Below are positions 12,200-24,539 of a stretch of 64,000 nucleotides of DNA, one piece after another. The notes under the pieces are model-generated. The model did not search any database. It was given only the letters and a program-made list of their open reading frames with translations, and was not told where the DNA came from. The stretch comes from Octopus sinensis (taxonomy: Eukaryota), in the NCBI RefSeq assembly GCF_006345805.1, contig NC_043006.1, forward strand, positions 73,656,001 to 73,720,000, written 5' to 3'. How positions within the stretch are numbered: position 1 is the stretch's first letter; each line of letters begins with the position of its first letter. A program made the position numbers and the translations under genes.

Positions 12200-12765
12200 T
12201 TGGGTTGTCCGGAAAGTTCGTGTCGATTTTTAAAGGAAAGAAAACGGTCAATACATACCTGCCATTACATTTTTAATCAACCAAATATGAACCATTTTGT
12301 TGCACAACGCGTCTCCATCTTTCCTTTAACTTGAAAATACCCTCTTCCCAGAATTGAGGTGGTTTCATGTCAAAGAATTCATCAAGATATCTTTTTATGT
12401 CATCCAAAGAATTGAAATTTTTACCATTAAGACTATTCTGCAGAGACCTGAATAAGTGGAAATCCGAAGGAGTAATATCTGGTGAATATGGAAGGTGGGG
12501 TGACACATCCCAGCCGAGCTGCAGCAATTTTTGTTTGGTTCCCAAAGGATCAAGTGCCGGAAATGAACTTTCTTATCTTCCATTTTAAAGGGTTACAGAA
12601 TTAACACTGATTATAGGAACATAAACCTTCTTCCACGAAAAGATAGCTTAAGCTGTGCTCTAAATGGAGGTGTAGTTAAATTCTATTTTATAGACTCAAC
12701 CATGTTCTAAAATAAGTTGAAAGTTAAGCTACTATAAATTGGCACGAACTTTCCGGATAACCCAA
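12200..12765 (-). mobile_element. Internally deleted mariner (DD34D-type) element with both TIRs and TA TSDs
   Basis: TIRs ttgggttgtccggaaagttcgtgtcgattt and rc ttgggttatccggaaagttcgtgccaattt, flanked by TA at 12198 and 12766. Encodes the N-terminus MEDKKVHFRHL and the C-terminus GWDVSPHLPYSPDITPSDFHLFRSLQNSL...ERWRRVVQQNGSYLVD. Confidence 0.95.
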
Positions 12766-12924
12766 TAGTTTCTCTTTTCCTATCATAAGATCGTAAACAA
12801 AGTTTAAAAGTAAAAACTGGTAGAAAAAGAAGTGGTTACCAACGTTGTTATCGTATGAAGTGTAATGTTCATGACGACGACGATGACAATGTTGGTATTG
12901 ATGTTGTTCTTTCACCACCACCGC

Positions 12925-13262
12925 TGAGACCCCCTTCGGTCATGACTGACCACGGAATTGCCCCTAGAAAGTTACCTTCCCAGGCACAAGTCAAGGCAAG
13001 GTTGTTTATGGAAGGCCAGCACTCGCCCATGCATACCAGCGTCTCCTCTCCACGCCACCGATAACATCCAAGGGAAAGGCAAAGGGGCCGATACAGCTTC
13101 GCGCCTGTGACGTCGCAACTCATTTCTACAACTGAGTGAACTGGAGCAATGTGAAATAAAGTGTGTTGCTCAAGAACACAACGCGTAGCCCGGTCCGGGA
13201 CTCGAACACACAACCTCACGATCGTAAGCTCTACGCTCTAACCACTGAGTCATACGCCTTCA
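12925..13262 (-). mobile_element. SINE family 3, near full length
   Basis: Reverse complement has the tRNA-like head, gttcttgagcaacacactttatttcacattgctccagttcactcagttg and tail ...gtcatgaccgaagggg. Confidence 0.85.
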
Positions 13263-13334
13263 CCACCACCAAACCAAGTAAAACAATCTTATCGTAAGAA
13301 AAGCGAAACTACATTTAATATTGACCTGCAGGAA

Positions 13335-13752
13335 AGCGGCCAGCTGGTAGAAACGTTAGCACGCTCGGCAAAAAGCTTACTGGCATTTCATGCGTCTTTA
13401 AGTTCTGAGTTGAATTCCGTAGAGGTCGACTTCACATTTCATTCTTTCGGAGTCAGTAAAATAATACCAGTTGTGTATTGGGGTCGATGTAATCGACTTA
13501 CTCTCTGTCCAGATTTGAAACTATCGTTAGAACAAATTAAGGAGGCGAGCTGGCAGAATCGTTAGTATACTGCACAAAATGCTTAGCAGCATTACGTCCG
13601 TCTTTATATTCTGGGTTCAAATTTTGCCGAGGTCGACTTTGCCTTTCAACATTTCGGGGTCGATAAATTAATTACCAGTTGAGTACTGGGGTCGATGTAA
13701 TCAACTAATCCCCTCTCCCAAATTTCAGGCCTTGTGCCTGTAGTAGAAAGGA
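13335..13752 (+). mobile_element. Two tandem SINE family 2 (tail A) copies
   Basis: Heads gcggccagctggtagaaacgttagcacg and ggcgagctggcagaatcgttag, cores gaggtcgactttgcctttc, tail ttcaggccttgtgcctgtagtagaaagg. Confidence 0.8.
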
Positions 13753-13802
13753 TTATTATTATTATTATTGGTAGTCGTAGTAGTAGTAGTAGTAGTAGTA
13801 TA

Positions 13803-14170
13803 GGCACAGGAGTGGCTGTGTGGTAAGTAGCTTGTTTACCAACCACATGGTTCCGGTTTCAGTCCCACTGCGTGGCACCTTGGGCAAGTGTCTTCTACTA
13901 TAGCCTCGGTCCGACCAAAGCCTTGTGAGTGGATTTGGTAGATGGAAACTGAAAGAAGCCCATTGTATATATGTATATATATGTGTGTGTGTCTGTTTTT
14001 GTCTCCCTCCCAACATCACTTGACAACCGATGCTTGTGTGTTTACGTCCCCGTCACTTAGCGGTTCGGCAAATAAGTACTAGGCTTACAAAGAATAAGTC
14101 CTGGGGTCGATTTGCTCGACTAAAGGTGGTGCTCCAGCATGGCCGCTGTCAAATTACTGAAACAAATAAA
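13803..14170 (+). mobile_element. SINE family 1, full length
   Basis: Consensus match from head to tail. Confidence 0.9.
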
Positions 14171-14234
14171 GTAGTAATAGCAACAGCAATAGTATTAGTA
14201 GTAGTGGTAGTAGTAGTAGTAGTAGCAGCAGCAG

Positions 14235-14912
14235 CTAGGCGGCCTGCTGGCATATTCGTTAGCACGCCAGACAAAATGTTCAGCGGCGTTTCGTCCGTCT
14301 TTACGTTCTGAGTTCAAATTTTGTCGCAGTGTTTTCGGAGTTGATAAAATACATACCTGATGTCTATTGTGGTCGATGTAACCGACTCATCCCTGTCAGG
14401 AAATTGCTGACCTTGTACCAAAATTTGAAACTATTATTAGGACTGATTAAGGCGGTGAGTTGGTAGAATCGTTAACATAGTTGGTAGAATCGTTAACATA
14501 CTGCGGCATTTCGTCCGTCTTAACATTCTGAGTTCAAATTCCGCCGAGATTGACTTTTGCCTTTCATCCTTTCGGAGTTGATAAAATGAGTACTAAGTTC
14601 AGTACAGAGGACTATGCCCTTGACAAAATTTGAAACCAATATCCGTCTGTGGGGCTCAGTAAGTGTTTTAAGGGCGCTCAGTTGTATGTGTGTGTATATG
14701 TTTGCGTGTCTGTGTTTGTCCTCCCAACATCGCTTACCAACCGATGCTAGAGTGTTTACGTCCCCGTAACTTAGCGGTTCGTAAAAAGAGACCAATAGAA
14801 TAAGTACTAGGCTTACAAAGAATAAGTCCTGGGGTCGATTTGCTCGACTAAAGGCGGTGCTCCAGCATGGCTGCAGTCAAATGACTGAAAGAAGCAAAAG
14901 AGCAAAAGAGTA
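14235..14912 (+). mobile_element. Two SINE family 2 copies followed by a SINE family 1 3' half
   Basis: Family-2 heads at 14238 and 14451 (the latter with a 21-bp tandem duplication). Family-1 tail at 14690-14912. Confidence 0.75.
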
Positions 14913-15262
14913 TCTCTGGAGATTGAGTCTAATTCAAATGTTATTAAAGAACACCCATTAGGCCTGCCTCAAACGAGGAAACAAAAGGTGTTGTGCACAA
15001 GTGTTGTTTGTTTCTCTTTTTAAACGTTATGGTGTAGTTTAATGAAGATTTGACTGCTATTTTTAGCAGGTTGAGAGAACATGTAAAAAAGTGGGTCTCG
15101 AGCGGGTGCTTGAGGGTCCATATAATGGCCCTTGAGGATCCATATAAGAATTTATTGTTAAAATTTAAATGCAATAAACTGGTTATACCCCAAAAATGCA
15201 CAAAATGTTTTGACAATCTTTTTTATACACAGGCGCAGGAGAGGCGGTAAGTAGCTTGCTTA

Positions 15263-17774
15263 TCTCATTGCGCATGTGCGAGTCAGTGTTGTGTTTGGCA
15301 CTGAAGCGGTGAGATATGCTTTTGAAGCCGTCTCGAATTGAAAGATTTTGAAGCTCCATTGTAAGGTAGGATTCTGGTTTTTTGGGTCCAGTGGTAATTT
15401 TTGTTGAGAATTTTTTTTCTACAGACAGGAAGTCCTACTGGATTCAGAATTCTGGTTCTTGCTTAATTGTGAGAATTTTTTGTTTCGAGGTGTATTCATC
15501 TTCCTAGTTAGCGGTTTATGTTGAGTGAATATTTTTCTCACTTAATTATGAGAATTGTTGCTTGGAGGAGTATTGTGCTTACGAAAAATTTGTTCATTTT
15601 GAAGAATTTTAAAATAATTGTGAGAACTGCTGTTTGGAGGAGTGTCTTTGCCTCCGAAGATTGAACAATTTTTCTTCCGCTTTTATTGAAGACGTGTATC
15701 TGGTCGACGTCACGGTGAGTGGGTTTGGTTTTTCTGAGCTGGGTAGAATTATTGTCTTATTTTTATTACGGTATATTTTACCCTGCCCTGGTGCATTTTC
15801 GCTAACTCTTGGCGGTGAATTTGTTGCTTGTTTAGCAAGCAAAGTGTGTGTGGCTTGTTGCCGGTGAGCTTGTTTGAACAGCCCGAGAAGCAAACCGGAA
15901 TTATTTGATGTAAATTGTTGTTTTTCTACAGTGGAGAAAAACTGAAGGAGAATTTTTGTTGTTTTCAAACCAACTTAGAGGTTTTGATTATTACGGATTT
16001 GAAGAAGAGATTAAATTTTTTTTTGCTTAGTTACAAGCAAAGAACTGGATTTTACCATCAAATTGAGAGCTGCAAAGGAGCCGAGATCGAATAGAGCCGG
16101 AATACCTTTGTGGCCTGAATTTTTTTTCTGTCTGGAACTATATATTTTTATTTACTCCTTGTGAACTGATGTTTTTCCTTTTTCTTGTATGAACTATTTT
16201 TGGTATGAACTATTATTTTCATTTCTTCTGCCTTTATTGAACAGTTTTCTCTATTTTTCCTGTGTTTAGAATTTTTGTTTGTTGTTTATTTTATGTGGGC
16301 ATTTTAATATGAAGGAAAATAAGGCCACCGCTTTGGAGTAGGAGATTGTCCCACCCAAGCAGTGGCTTGAAAACCATGAGAGAAGGAGGGTGGTACTACG
16401 GACCTATTCTAGGTCGCCTGACGCCATCACCCCCTTCGACAAGAGTATCATTGATAAAGAGCTGGCAAAATGTTGGCCAGCAAAAATTACTTTGTGTCCA
16501 GGGGTGTGGTTGCTATTTGACACCCCTGAGATAGCTTGCATTGCGGAAAGTCAACACCTAGAAGGGGATGAGATTTTGTTCCTCCCCACTTATTGTGGGA
16601 AGAAAATAATGAGGGCTTGGGTATGTGGGATGCCGCCCAGAATTCGGTATGAATTGATAGAACAGTTCATTCGTAGAGGTCGGGGCGGTAGCGGAACCAA
16701 GCTCCTCGGTGTCAGGGTGGAGGCCGCGACCGATCGGACAGGGTCAAAAGCAGTTTTGATCTTTTGGACCCAGTCGGCCGGAGGCCTAGTATTCCCGGAA
16801 TTTTTTGGTAATGGCCGGTGATTCTTGAGGGTGGCTCCCCCGAAGTGTCACCTGTGTCTAGAACCAGGCCACATCAAAAAGAACTGCCCCCAGGGCCGAG
16901 GTAAGGCCCTGGAGCAGAGAAAAAAAGAAAAGGTACTCTCCGCCCCCACCCCATTGGAGGGGGAGACTGAGGAAGTAGTGGAGGCGGTTGCCTCCCCGAA
17001 AAGGAAAAGAAAGGCGAGCAACAATGGTTGCTCACCAAAAGACATACAAGTTGCGGGAGAGAAGGCAGACCTCACGGATAAGCCGATAGAGGTCCTGACC
17101 TCCGCAAGCCCAAAGAAGAGAAATAAAAGAAGTAAAAAGAAAAAAATGGGAGACGGTCGGCGGATGTTGATGTGCCGCCGTCAGATCCCAATGATCTGCC
17201 GATGGGATGTGTGCCACCGGCAGAAAAGATTCCGTCAGTGGAAATTGTGCCACTGAGGAAACAGTGGAAATTGTGCAGGCTGAGGCCCCTCCCCGTGACG
17301 AAGAGGTGGAACTCGTCATTTTCTATCACAAGGAGGGGCTGTCGAGGGATTCTTGAACAGACTTCTCGACTGACAACGTTACGACTCGGTCTGCATTGAC
17401 TGTCCAAGTTGGCCTCCGCAGGTGGCTGCGGAGGTCATAACAGAAAAAGATCTTTTTGAGGTCTTGGTGACCTTTAGAAAAGAAGAATTTACTTTTCTTC
17501 CGGACTCCGACGTGCCGATGCAGGCTTTCCTGCAGGCGGCAGGGAACTTATGCAGGGGCTCGGATGAGAAAGAGGAAGATTAAGAAAAATTTTGTAATTT
17601 TGGTGAATTTTTTGTGTAAAATTGAATAAAAGTAATTTTGAGTGGTAATCGGCCAGCGGGCGCCGGTGCTCCTTCCATTTTTGTTCATCATTATCATTCT
17701 CATCTCATTAATGTTTTTGGCCAGCTCGCGGCTACTCATCTGTGTACGGCTTTCCTGGCCAATTTTATGAATAA
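15263..17774 (+). mobile_element. Non-autonomous L1/Tx1-type retroelement carrying only ORF1; ~1-kb 5' UTR; 14-bp TSD
   Basis: TSD aagtagcttgctta/aagtggcttgctta (13/14) and AATAAA at the 3' junction. A gag-like ORF1 remnant is present; no endonuclease or RT sequence lies between ORF1 and the 3' end. Confidence 0.8.
16309..17583 (+). pseudogene. ORF1p (gag-like nucleic-acid-binding protein) of an L1/Tx1-type element, disrupted
   Basis: ATG at 16309: MKENKATALE*EIVPP...VVLRTYSRS...VWLLFDTPE...GR*...PPKCHLCLEPGHIKKNCP. CX2CX4HX4C zinc knuckle at 16846-16887, then a basic low-complexity tract and a frameshift. Probable end ...GSDEKEED* at 17583. Confidence 0.8.
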
Positions 17775-18186
17775 AAGTGGCTTGCTTACGAACCACATGG
17801 TTTTGGGTTCAGTCCCACTGCGTGGCACTTTGGGCAAGTGTCTTCTACTATAGCCTCGGGCCGACCAAAGCTTTGTGAGTGGATTTGCTACACGAAAACT
17901 GAAAGAAGCTCGTCGTATGTATCTATATATATATATATATATATGTGTATGTGTTGGTGTGTCTGTGTTTGTCCCCCCCCCAACATCTCTTGACAACCGC
18001 TGCTGGTGTGTTTATGTCCCCGTAACTTACCGGTCGGCAAAAGAGACCGATAGAATAAGTACTAGGCATCCAAAGAATAAGACCTGGGGTCGATTTGCTC
18101 GACTAAAGGCGGTGCTCCAGCATGGCCACAGTAAAATGACTGAAACAAGTAAAAGAGTAAAAATGTAGTTCCTAATAATAATTATA

Positions 18187-18334
18187 AAGCTATCTCAGGG
18201 GTGTCAAATAGCAACCACACCGTTGCATACCTGACACCCCTGGACACAAAATAATTTTTTGCTGGCCAACATTTTGCCAGCTCTTTATCAATGATACTCT
18301 TGTCGAAGGGGGTGATGGCGTCAAGCGACCTAGA
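18187..18334 (-). mobile_element. Inverted 148-bp fragment of the same ORF1 family
   Basis: Reverse complement matches 16408-16537 closely, with 18 extra nt (RSLDAITPFDKSIIDKELAKCWPAKNYFVSRGVRYATVWLLFDTPEIA). Confidence 0.9.
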
Positions 18335-18339
18335 CTTTT

Positions 18340-18415
18340 TAAATATCGAATGTCTATGAAGATTCATCCGAGTAAAATAGAGGGTCCATAGGCAAAAAAT
18401 GGTTGAAAAACACTG
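18340..18415 (-). mobile_element. hAT/Charlie-like MITE end fragment
   Basis: The minus strand begins cagtgtttttcaaccatttttt, a Charlie-type TIR. Confidence 0.5.
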
Positions 18416-18574
18416 ATGTAAAGTTTTTGTTTGCTGTTCTCATGGGAATAAATAGTCATTACTTCCGGTCTGTCCAGCAGTGGCGCCTTCCGACTGGTTA
18501 AAATTAGATAATTTTAAATGCTTGTGACTCTCTTATTATTTACTTCATAGCCAGGACCTTGCGTGGGTGGAAGC

Positions 18575-19016
18575 AAAAAAGAGAGAAGAGAGGGAATAGG
18601 AACAAGAAGGGAAAGAATTCAAAGAGAGGAACGGCGAAGACAACTATAACCTCGCAGTTGCTGCAGCGACCGGAGAAGAACAAGACGAAGAAGTAAGAGA
18701 AGAGGAGGAGGAGACGGAAAAAAAGAAAAAGACGAGAAGGAGATGGAGGAGGGTAAGGGGAAGAAGGAGGTGGAGAGGAAGAAGAAAAAGGAGGAAGAGT
18801 AGAAGGAGGAGACGGAGGAGAATGAGAAGAAAAAGAAGTAGGAAGAGGAGACGGAGAAGAAGAAAAAAGATGGAGATGGAGGAGGGTAAGGGGAAGGAGG
18901 AGAAGAAAAAGGAGGAGTAGGAGGAGACGGAGGAGGAGGAGAAGAAAAAGGAGTAGTAGGAGACGGAGAAGAAAAAAACGAAGGAGGAGGAGGAGTAGAA
19001 GGAGGCGGTGGAGGAG

Positions 19017-19076
<60 letters not shown>

Positions 19077-19080
19077 ATAT
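18575..19080. repeat. Purine-rich (GAA/GGA) low-complexity tract followed by (CA)n(TA)n
   Basis: Degenerate gaagaagaaaaaggaggag units. These explain ORFs 18540-19180. Confidence 0.9.
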
Positions 19081-19084
19081 ATGT

Positions 19085-19310
19085 GGAGGCGCGTAGCTTA
19101 GTGGTTAAGGTGTTGAACTCATGATCGTAAGGTTGTGGTTTCGATTCCTGGACCGGGCGTTGCGTTGTGTTCTTGAGCAAAACACTTCATTTTTACGTTG
19201 CTCCAGTCTACTCAGCTGGCAAAAATGAGTAATCCTGCGACGGACCGGCATTCCGTCCAGATGGAACCGGGAAACTGGCCCTTATGAGCCCGGCATGGCT
19301 CGAGAAGGAT
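19085..19310 (+). mobile_element. SINE family 3
   Basis: ggaggcgcgtagcttagtggttaaggtgttg...ggtttcgattcctggaccggg...gttcttgagcaaaacacttc. Confidence 0.85.
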
Positions 19311-19323
19311 CATTTTATGTATA

Positions 19324-19836
19324 TCTATATATATAAAACTGTAGTTGTGTGAGTGTATGTCCCCTTCGATTTAGATTCCTAACTACTCCCACATTTTGCG
19401 GTGCAGTTTAACCAAATTCGGGTATCTTATAGTCGTGATTCATATCGAGCCCGTCTGAGTATTAGCGCGCGTCTACGATGAGTCTACGATTTTAAAAATA
19501 ATTTAACATCATTTTTTATTCCATTTTAATGCATAATTTTTCGTGTGTCGATGGCGGCGGAGTTGGCGTCCATGGTCACACCTGCACCTGTTTGCTTCTC
19601 CCCCTTCTTCCCTCTTTCGTGAAGCTGTGGGGAAGGGAGTGTAAGGAAATCAACGTCGTAAAGCGTTGTCAAGGAGACCAGCGTTCTTTTAGAACAACGA
19701 CTTCATGGCTTGAAGACACCCAAACAGAAATGGCTAAGAAAGCCCGAATTGGCATCTATAAGGGAAGTAACTCTCTAAAAATGCTTATATAGTTATTTCC
19801 CTTACAAACCCGAGCAACGCCGGGCGATACTGCTAG
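19324..19836 (+). mobile_element. Non-autonomous Helitron, complete
   Basis: 5' A|TCTATATATATAAAAC. The 3' hairpin cccgagcaacgccggg is followed by ...tgCTAG|T, giving the A/T insertion site with no TSD. Confidence 0.8.
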
Positions 19837-20091
19837 TAAATATATAAAATATATATAGAAAAATTATATATATTTATATGTATATATTACGTGTAACAAC
19901 GGGCGGATGTATGGTCACGTATAGCAAACTGTTTGCAAATATTTAGTGTGGTAAACAGATGTGAATAACACGTGCATATATGTATGTGTGCACACATACA
20001 CACACATACATATACATTCGTATATACATATCTATGCTTATGCATCTAAATGTTACTAAGTACACACGTGTTCATATATGTGTGTGTGTGT

Positions 20092-20999
20092 GTGTGGTAA
20101 GTAGCTTGCTTACCAGCCTCGTGGTTCCGGGTTCAGTCCCACTGCGTTGCACAAGTGTCTTGTACTGTAGCCACGGGCCGATCAAAGCCTTGTGAGTGGA
20201 TTTGGTTGACGGAAACTGAAAGAAGCCCGTCGTATACATACATATATATATATATGTGTGTGTGTGTGTGTACATGTTTGTGTGTCTGTGTTTGTCCCCC
20301 AACATCGCTTGACAACCGATACTAGTGTGTTTACGTCCCGTAAATTAGCGGTTCGGCAAAATAGACTGATAGAACGAATACTAGGCTTACATAAAATAAA
20401 TCGTGGGGTCGATTTGTTCGATGAAAGGCGGTGCTCCAGCATGGTTGCAGTCAAATGACTGAAACAAGTAAAAGAGTATATATATGCACACACACACCTG
20501 TATATATTTGCTAATGCTTTTCTGTATATATACACAAGTGTAAATGTTTTAACAAATAAACTGCACTTCGTGTTTGAAGTTCCGATGAAGCTATAAGGTG
20601 ATACTCATGAACTCAAGTATGAGTGCATTGCACCTTACAGCAGAAACAGCTATAAGTTAATGGAATTCGTAGCATAATTGTTTATTTCCTTTGTCATTCC
20701 ATGCTCTTATTACCGCTTTCTACTCGATTGACGTTTCATACTGAAGGATTTCTCTTTTACTTGTTTCAGTCATTTGACTGTGGCCATGCTGGAGCACCGC
20801 CTTTAATCGAGCAACTCGACCCCGGCACTTATTCTTTTGTAAGCCCAGTACTTATTCTATCGGTCTATTTTGCCGAACCGCTAAGTAATGGGGACATAAA
20901 CACACCAGCATCGGTTGTCAAGCAATGCTAGGGGGACAAACACAGACACACAAACATACATGCACAGACACACAAACATATATATATATGCCCGTCGTA

Positions 21000-21055
<56 letters not shown>

Positions 21056-21693
21056 CATATATACGACGGGCTTCTTTCAGTTTCCGTCTACCAAATCCAC
21101 TCACAAGGCTTTGGTCGGCCCGAGGCTATAGTAGAAGACACTTGCCCAAGGTGCCACGCAATAGGACTGAACCCGGAACCATGTGGTTGGTAAACAAGCT
21201 ACTTACCACACAGCCACTCCTGCGCCTATGTGTATATTGAGTTATTAACATCAAAATGCGAAATATATTCTTTTATTCTGTTATTTGTTTCAGTCATTTG
21301 AGTACGGCCATGATGCAGCACCGCCTTCAGTCGAACAAATCGACCCCAGAACTTATTCTTTGAAAGCCTAGTACTTATTTCTATCGATGTCTTTGTCGAA
21401 CCGCTAAGTTACGGGGACGTATACATACCAACATCCATTGTCAAGCGATAGTGGCGGGGGGGGGCGACAAACACAGACGCACAAACATACACACAGGCGC
21501 GTGCGTGCACACACACATACATATACGATAGGCTTCTTTCAGTTTCCGTCTACCAAATCCACTGATAAGGCTTTGGTCTGTCTGTCTGAAGCTATAGTAG
21601 AATACATATACCCAAGGCGCCACGCAGTGGAAGTGAACCCGGAACGATGTGGTTGGTAAGGAAGCCACTTACCACACAGCCACTCCTGCACCT
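20092..21693. mobile_element. Three SINE family 1 copies (20092-20476 +, 20753-21228 -, 21267-21693 -)
   Basis: Each matches the family-1 consensus. Confidence 0.85.
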
Positions 21694-21711
21694 ATATATA
21701 CATACATATGC

Positions 21712-21761
<50 letters not shown>

Positions 21762-22503
21762 CAGATAAACCTACTGATGCATGTACGTGCGTAAACATGC
21801 TGTCTGTATGGTCACGTTTTTGCACACACGCATATGCATCTGCAGATACGTGTGTATACATACACACATGTATATGCACACATTCCCATACGTGTTTGTG
21901 CACTGCGATATAGTCACATGCACAATACACACGACACACGCCTACTAGCATCCATTAACACGTCCTCACTTAGGAATATGCTTCTACGTAAAATTACACA
22001 TTAATTCACGCCTAAACATTCCGTTGCGTACAAGAATGTGCATGCTCCTAAAATGTAGCGAACTCTTTGCAAGTTTATGGAGTGTTATATACGTGTTGTT
22101 AAGGGATTTATATTACAAAAGTGCAGAGTTATAAAAATGTGAAAAAACATCGTTCCGTAAATGTTGAAAGCGTTTATAAAATTTGTGGAAAAAATTCGCT
22201 TCGCAATCTGATAGTTACAGGTTCAATTCCTCTGGCACCTTCTGTTATGACCTCTGGCCAACCAAACCATTGTGAGAAGATTTGGATCTATTCCATCTCA
22301 ATCACAGATTTTTTAATTAATTTCTTTTTAACTAAACAGTTTGAAACTTCGAATACTGGTAGAATTTCTCACGTAGAACACGGTTTACTCTCTCTCATTT
22401 TACTCTTTTACTTATTTATTTTATTATAAATGCAAAACAATACCACAGAGGAATCGACGCAAGCTTAAAAAAATAAACCGCGATAGGTGAACCGCGATAT
22501 GCG

Positions 22504-22790
22504 GTCGCAGAAATTGTCTGACATCCATGACTGTGTTGTCCTGCTTGTGTGGCATGATGCAGAGTCCTGTTGCCAGGCATAGGGTAGGGTCTTCTAGCAG
22601 CCACCTTGTTGACCGACGGTAGCGTTACCTCCTCCAAGTACTTGATGTAGGCCTCGGTGTTAAATTTGAGGCCATGTGGGAAGATGGAGGTATAGCATCA
22701 CCATCACTAGTGATCATTCCAGACACCATAATGTTGACTGGATGTTTGATTTTTCTCACTCTTGGAACATGTTTTGGGGATTCAGATTGA
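22504..22790 (-). mobile_element. Tc1/mariner-superfamily transposase fragment (maT/DD37D-like), frameshifted
   Basis: KHPVNIMVSGMITSDGDAIP / PHGLKFNTEAYIKYLEEVTLP...RRPY / WQQDSASCHTSRTTQSWMSDNFCD. WQQDSAxCH contains the second catalytic Asp motif. Confidence 0.85.
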
Positions 22791-23829
22791 CACCCAACAC
22801 TTTGAAATGTTCGTATTTCCGGTGCGAATGTCAAGCAGTACAGCATGTCCTTTTCAAATTTTTAGCAAAGTGAATAGCGTCATGGTGCTGATATTCTCAC
22901 AGAGGGTGCCCAACAGACCCTGCTATACTGTGTAGTCGACAAAAACAAAAATAATGTTCATGTACAAAATTAAAAATATAAAATGGCGACAATTTACCTA
23001 TCGTACCTTGTATATATATATATGTGTGTGTGTGTGTATGCATGCATGTGTGTGTGTATGTGTGTGCGTATGTGTGAGTGTGTGTGTGCTTGTGTTCGCT
23101 CTTCCTCTGCTTGATAACCGCTGATGGTTTGTTAACGTTTCCGTAACTTAGCGGCTCAGCAAAGAAGATTGATATTATAACTTACACAGCTAGAAACATA
23201 AGTACTGGGGTCGATTTTTTCGCCAAAACTCTTGAAGGTAGTGCCCCCGTATGGCCACAATCGAATAACTCTAATAAGGTTAAAGAAAATAAAAACTGAA
23301 AAGATTATATGTACGTGTTTCAATTGCATCCTATGTATGTGTGGCAGCAATTATTTCTTAAATAAATATAACAACTATAAATACTCTTTTTTGTTCATGG
23401 TAGAGCGTCCCTTTAATATCATAAATGTACATATGAATCTACAAACGAATTTTAACAAGAAAATTGATATGCATATTAAGACGAATAAGACTATATTTGA
23501 AGCTACTACACTGACATACACAAGGTTATTTAACAACCAAGGAACATGTGTGGATGTTTAAAGTTTGCGCGTAAGGAATTTGTAAATGTAACCGTTTTAA
23601 TTTGAAACACACATTATATATTCTCGTTTACACCTTTCGGTTATTTTTTCATCTTTTTTCATCTACATTCGTCTATGTGTAGGCATGTGTATATGTTTAT
23701 ATGTCTGGGTGTATATGAATGTACTTGTGTTATTTTTTCTGGCGTTTACGTGTTTCACTTATAATTACCAAAAATTAACACTCGCATGTACATACATTGC
23801 TGTACATCACCACATGAACGGTTGTTGAA

Positions 23830-23860
<31 letters not shown>

Positions 23861-24194
23861 TATATAAGATCCAGGGATCGAGGTGTTGGAAGAAAGTTAC
23901 CTTCAAGCAATCCATAGTAAATATAAAAAGCAATTTTCAAGGACAATAGTGGTTTCTTGAGACGGAACGTTGTGTATTTTTTCGTAACATTTCATTTAAT
24001 CAATATATATTGGGCCTGAAGACTAACCTGCAGTATACACCTCACTTGGATATTTACCGGTTTTCAGCTTCCGTTCGCTATGAAGTATATATAACCCGGA
24101 TCTTATCTACTCTATTCCGTAACCCTTGTATATATGTATATATATAGTAGAAATATGTTACAAAAAGAAAATATAAAATGCACGTGGAAATGTA

Positions 24195-24539
24195 AGGGTA
24201 AAATATGAAAAATCAACGAAAATGCCCATTGCAAATAAAAAAAGGCTATTTATGACAGGTAACGACAAATGTATACATTTAGATTGACTGAGGTAGTAAT
24301 ACGAGTCATAAAAGTCATTATTATGAGATAATTCAAACGATGAATAGCTTTGCATAAACCATGGTCCGTTTTGTTCTCTTACTTTGTTATCATCTTTTAA
24401 TCATCTCATAATAATGACTTTTATGACTCGTATTACTACCTCAGTCAATCTAAATGTATATATTTGTCGTTACTTGTCATAAATAGCCTTTTTTTTTATT
24501 TGCAATGTACATTTTCGTTGAGTTTTCATAGTTTACCCC
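24195..24539. mobile_element. Fold-back element/MITE with ~140-bp inverted arms and TA flanks
   Basis: Arms 24195-24333 and 24399-24539 are near-identical reverse complements. Confidence 0.75.

Larger units (their letters stand above)
15231..18163 (+). mobile_element. SINE family 1 split by a 2.5-kb retroelement
   Basis: The head aggcgcaggagaggcggtaagtagcttgctta (15231-15262) resumes as aagtggcttgcttacgaaccacatgg at 17775 and runs to the tail at 18163. Confidence 0.85.

Noticed and set aside
18540-19180. Long 135-178 aa ORFs (poly-L/F, poly-S/P)
   Set aside because: They are reverse-strand readings of the GAA/GGA low-complexity tract.
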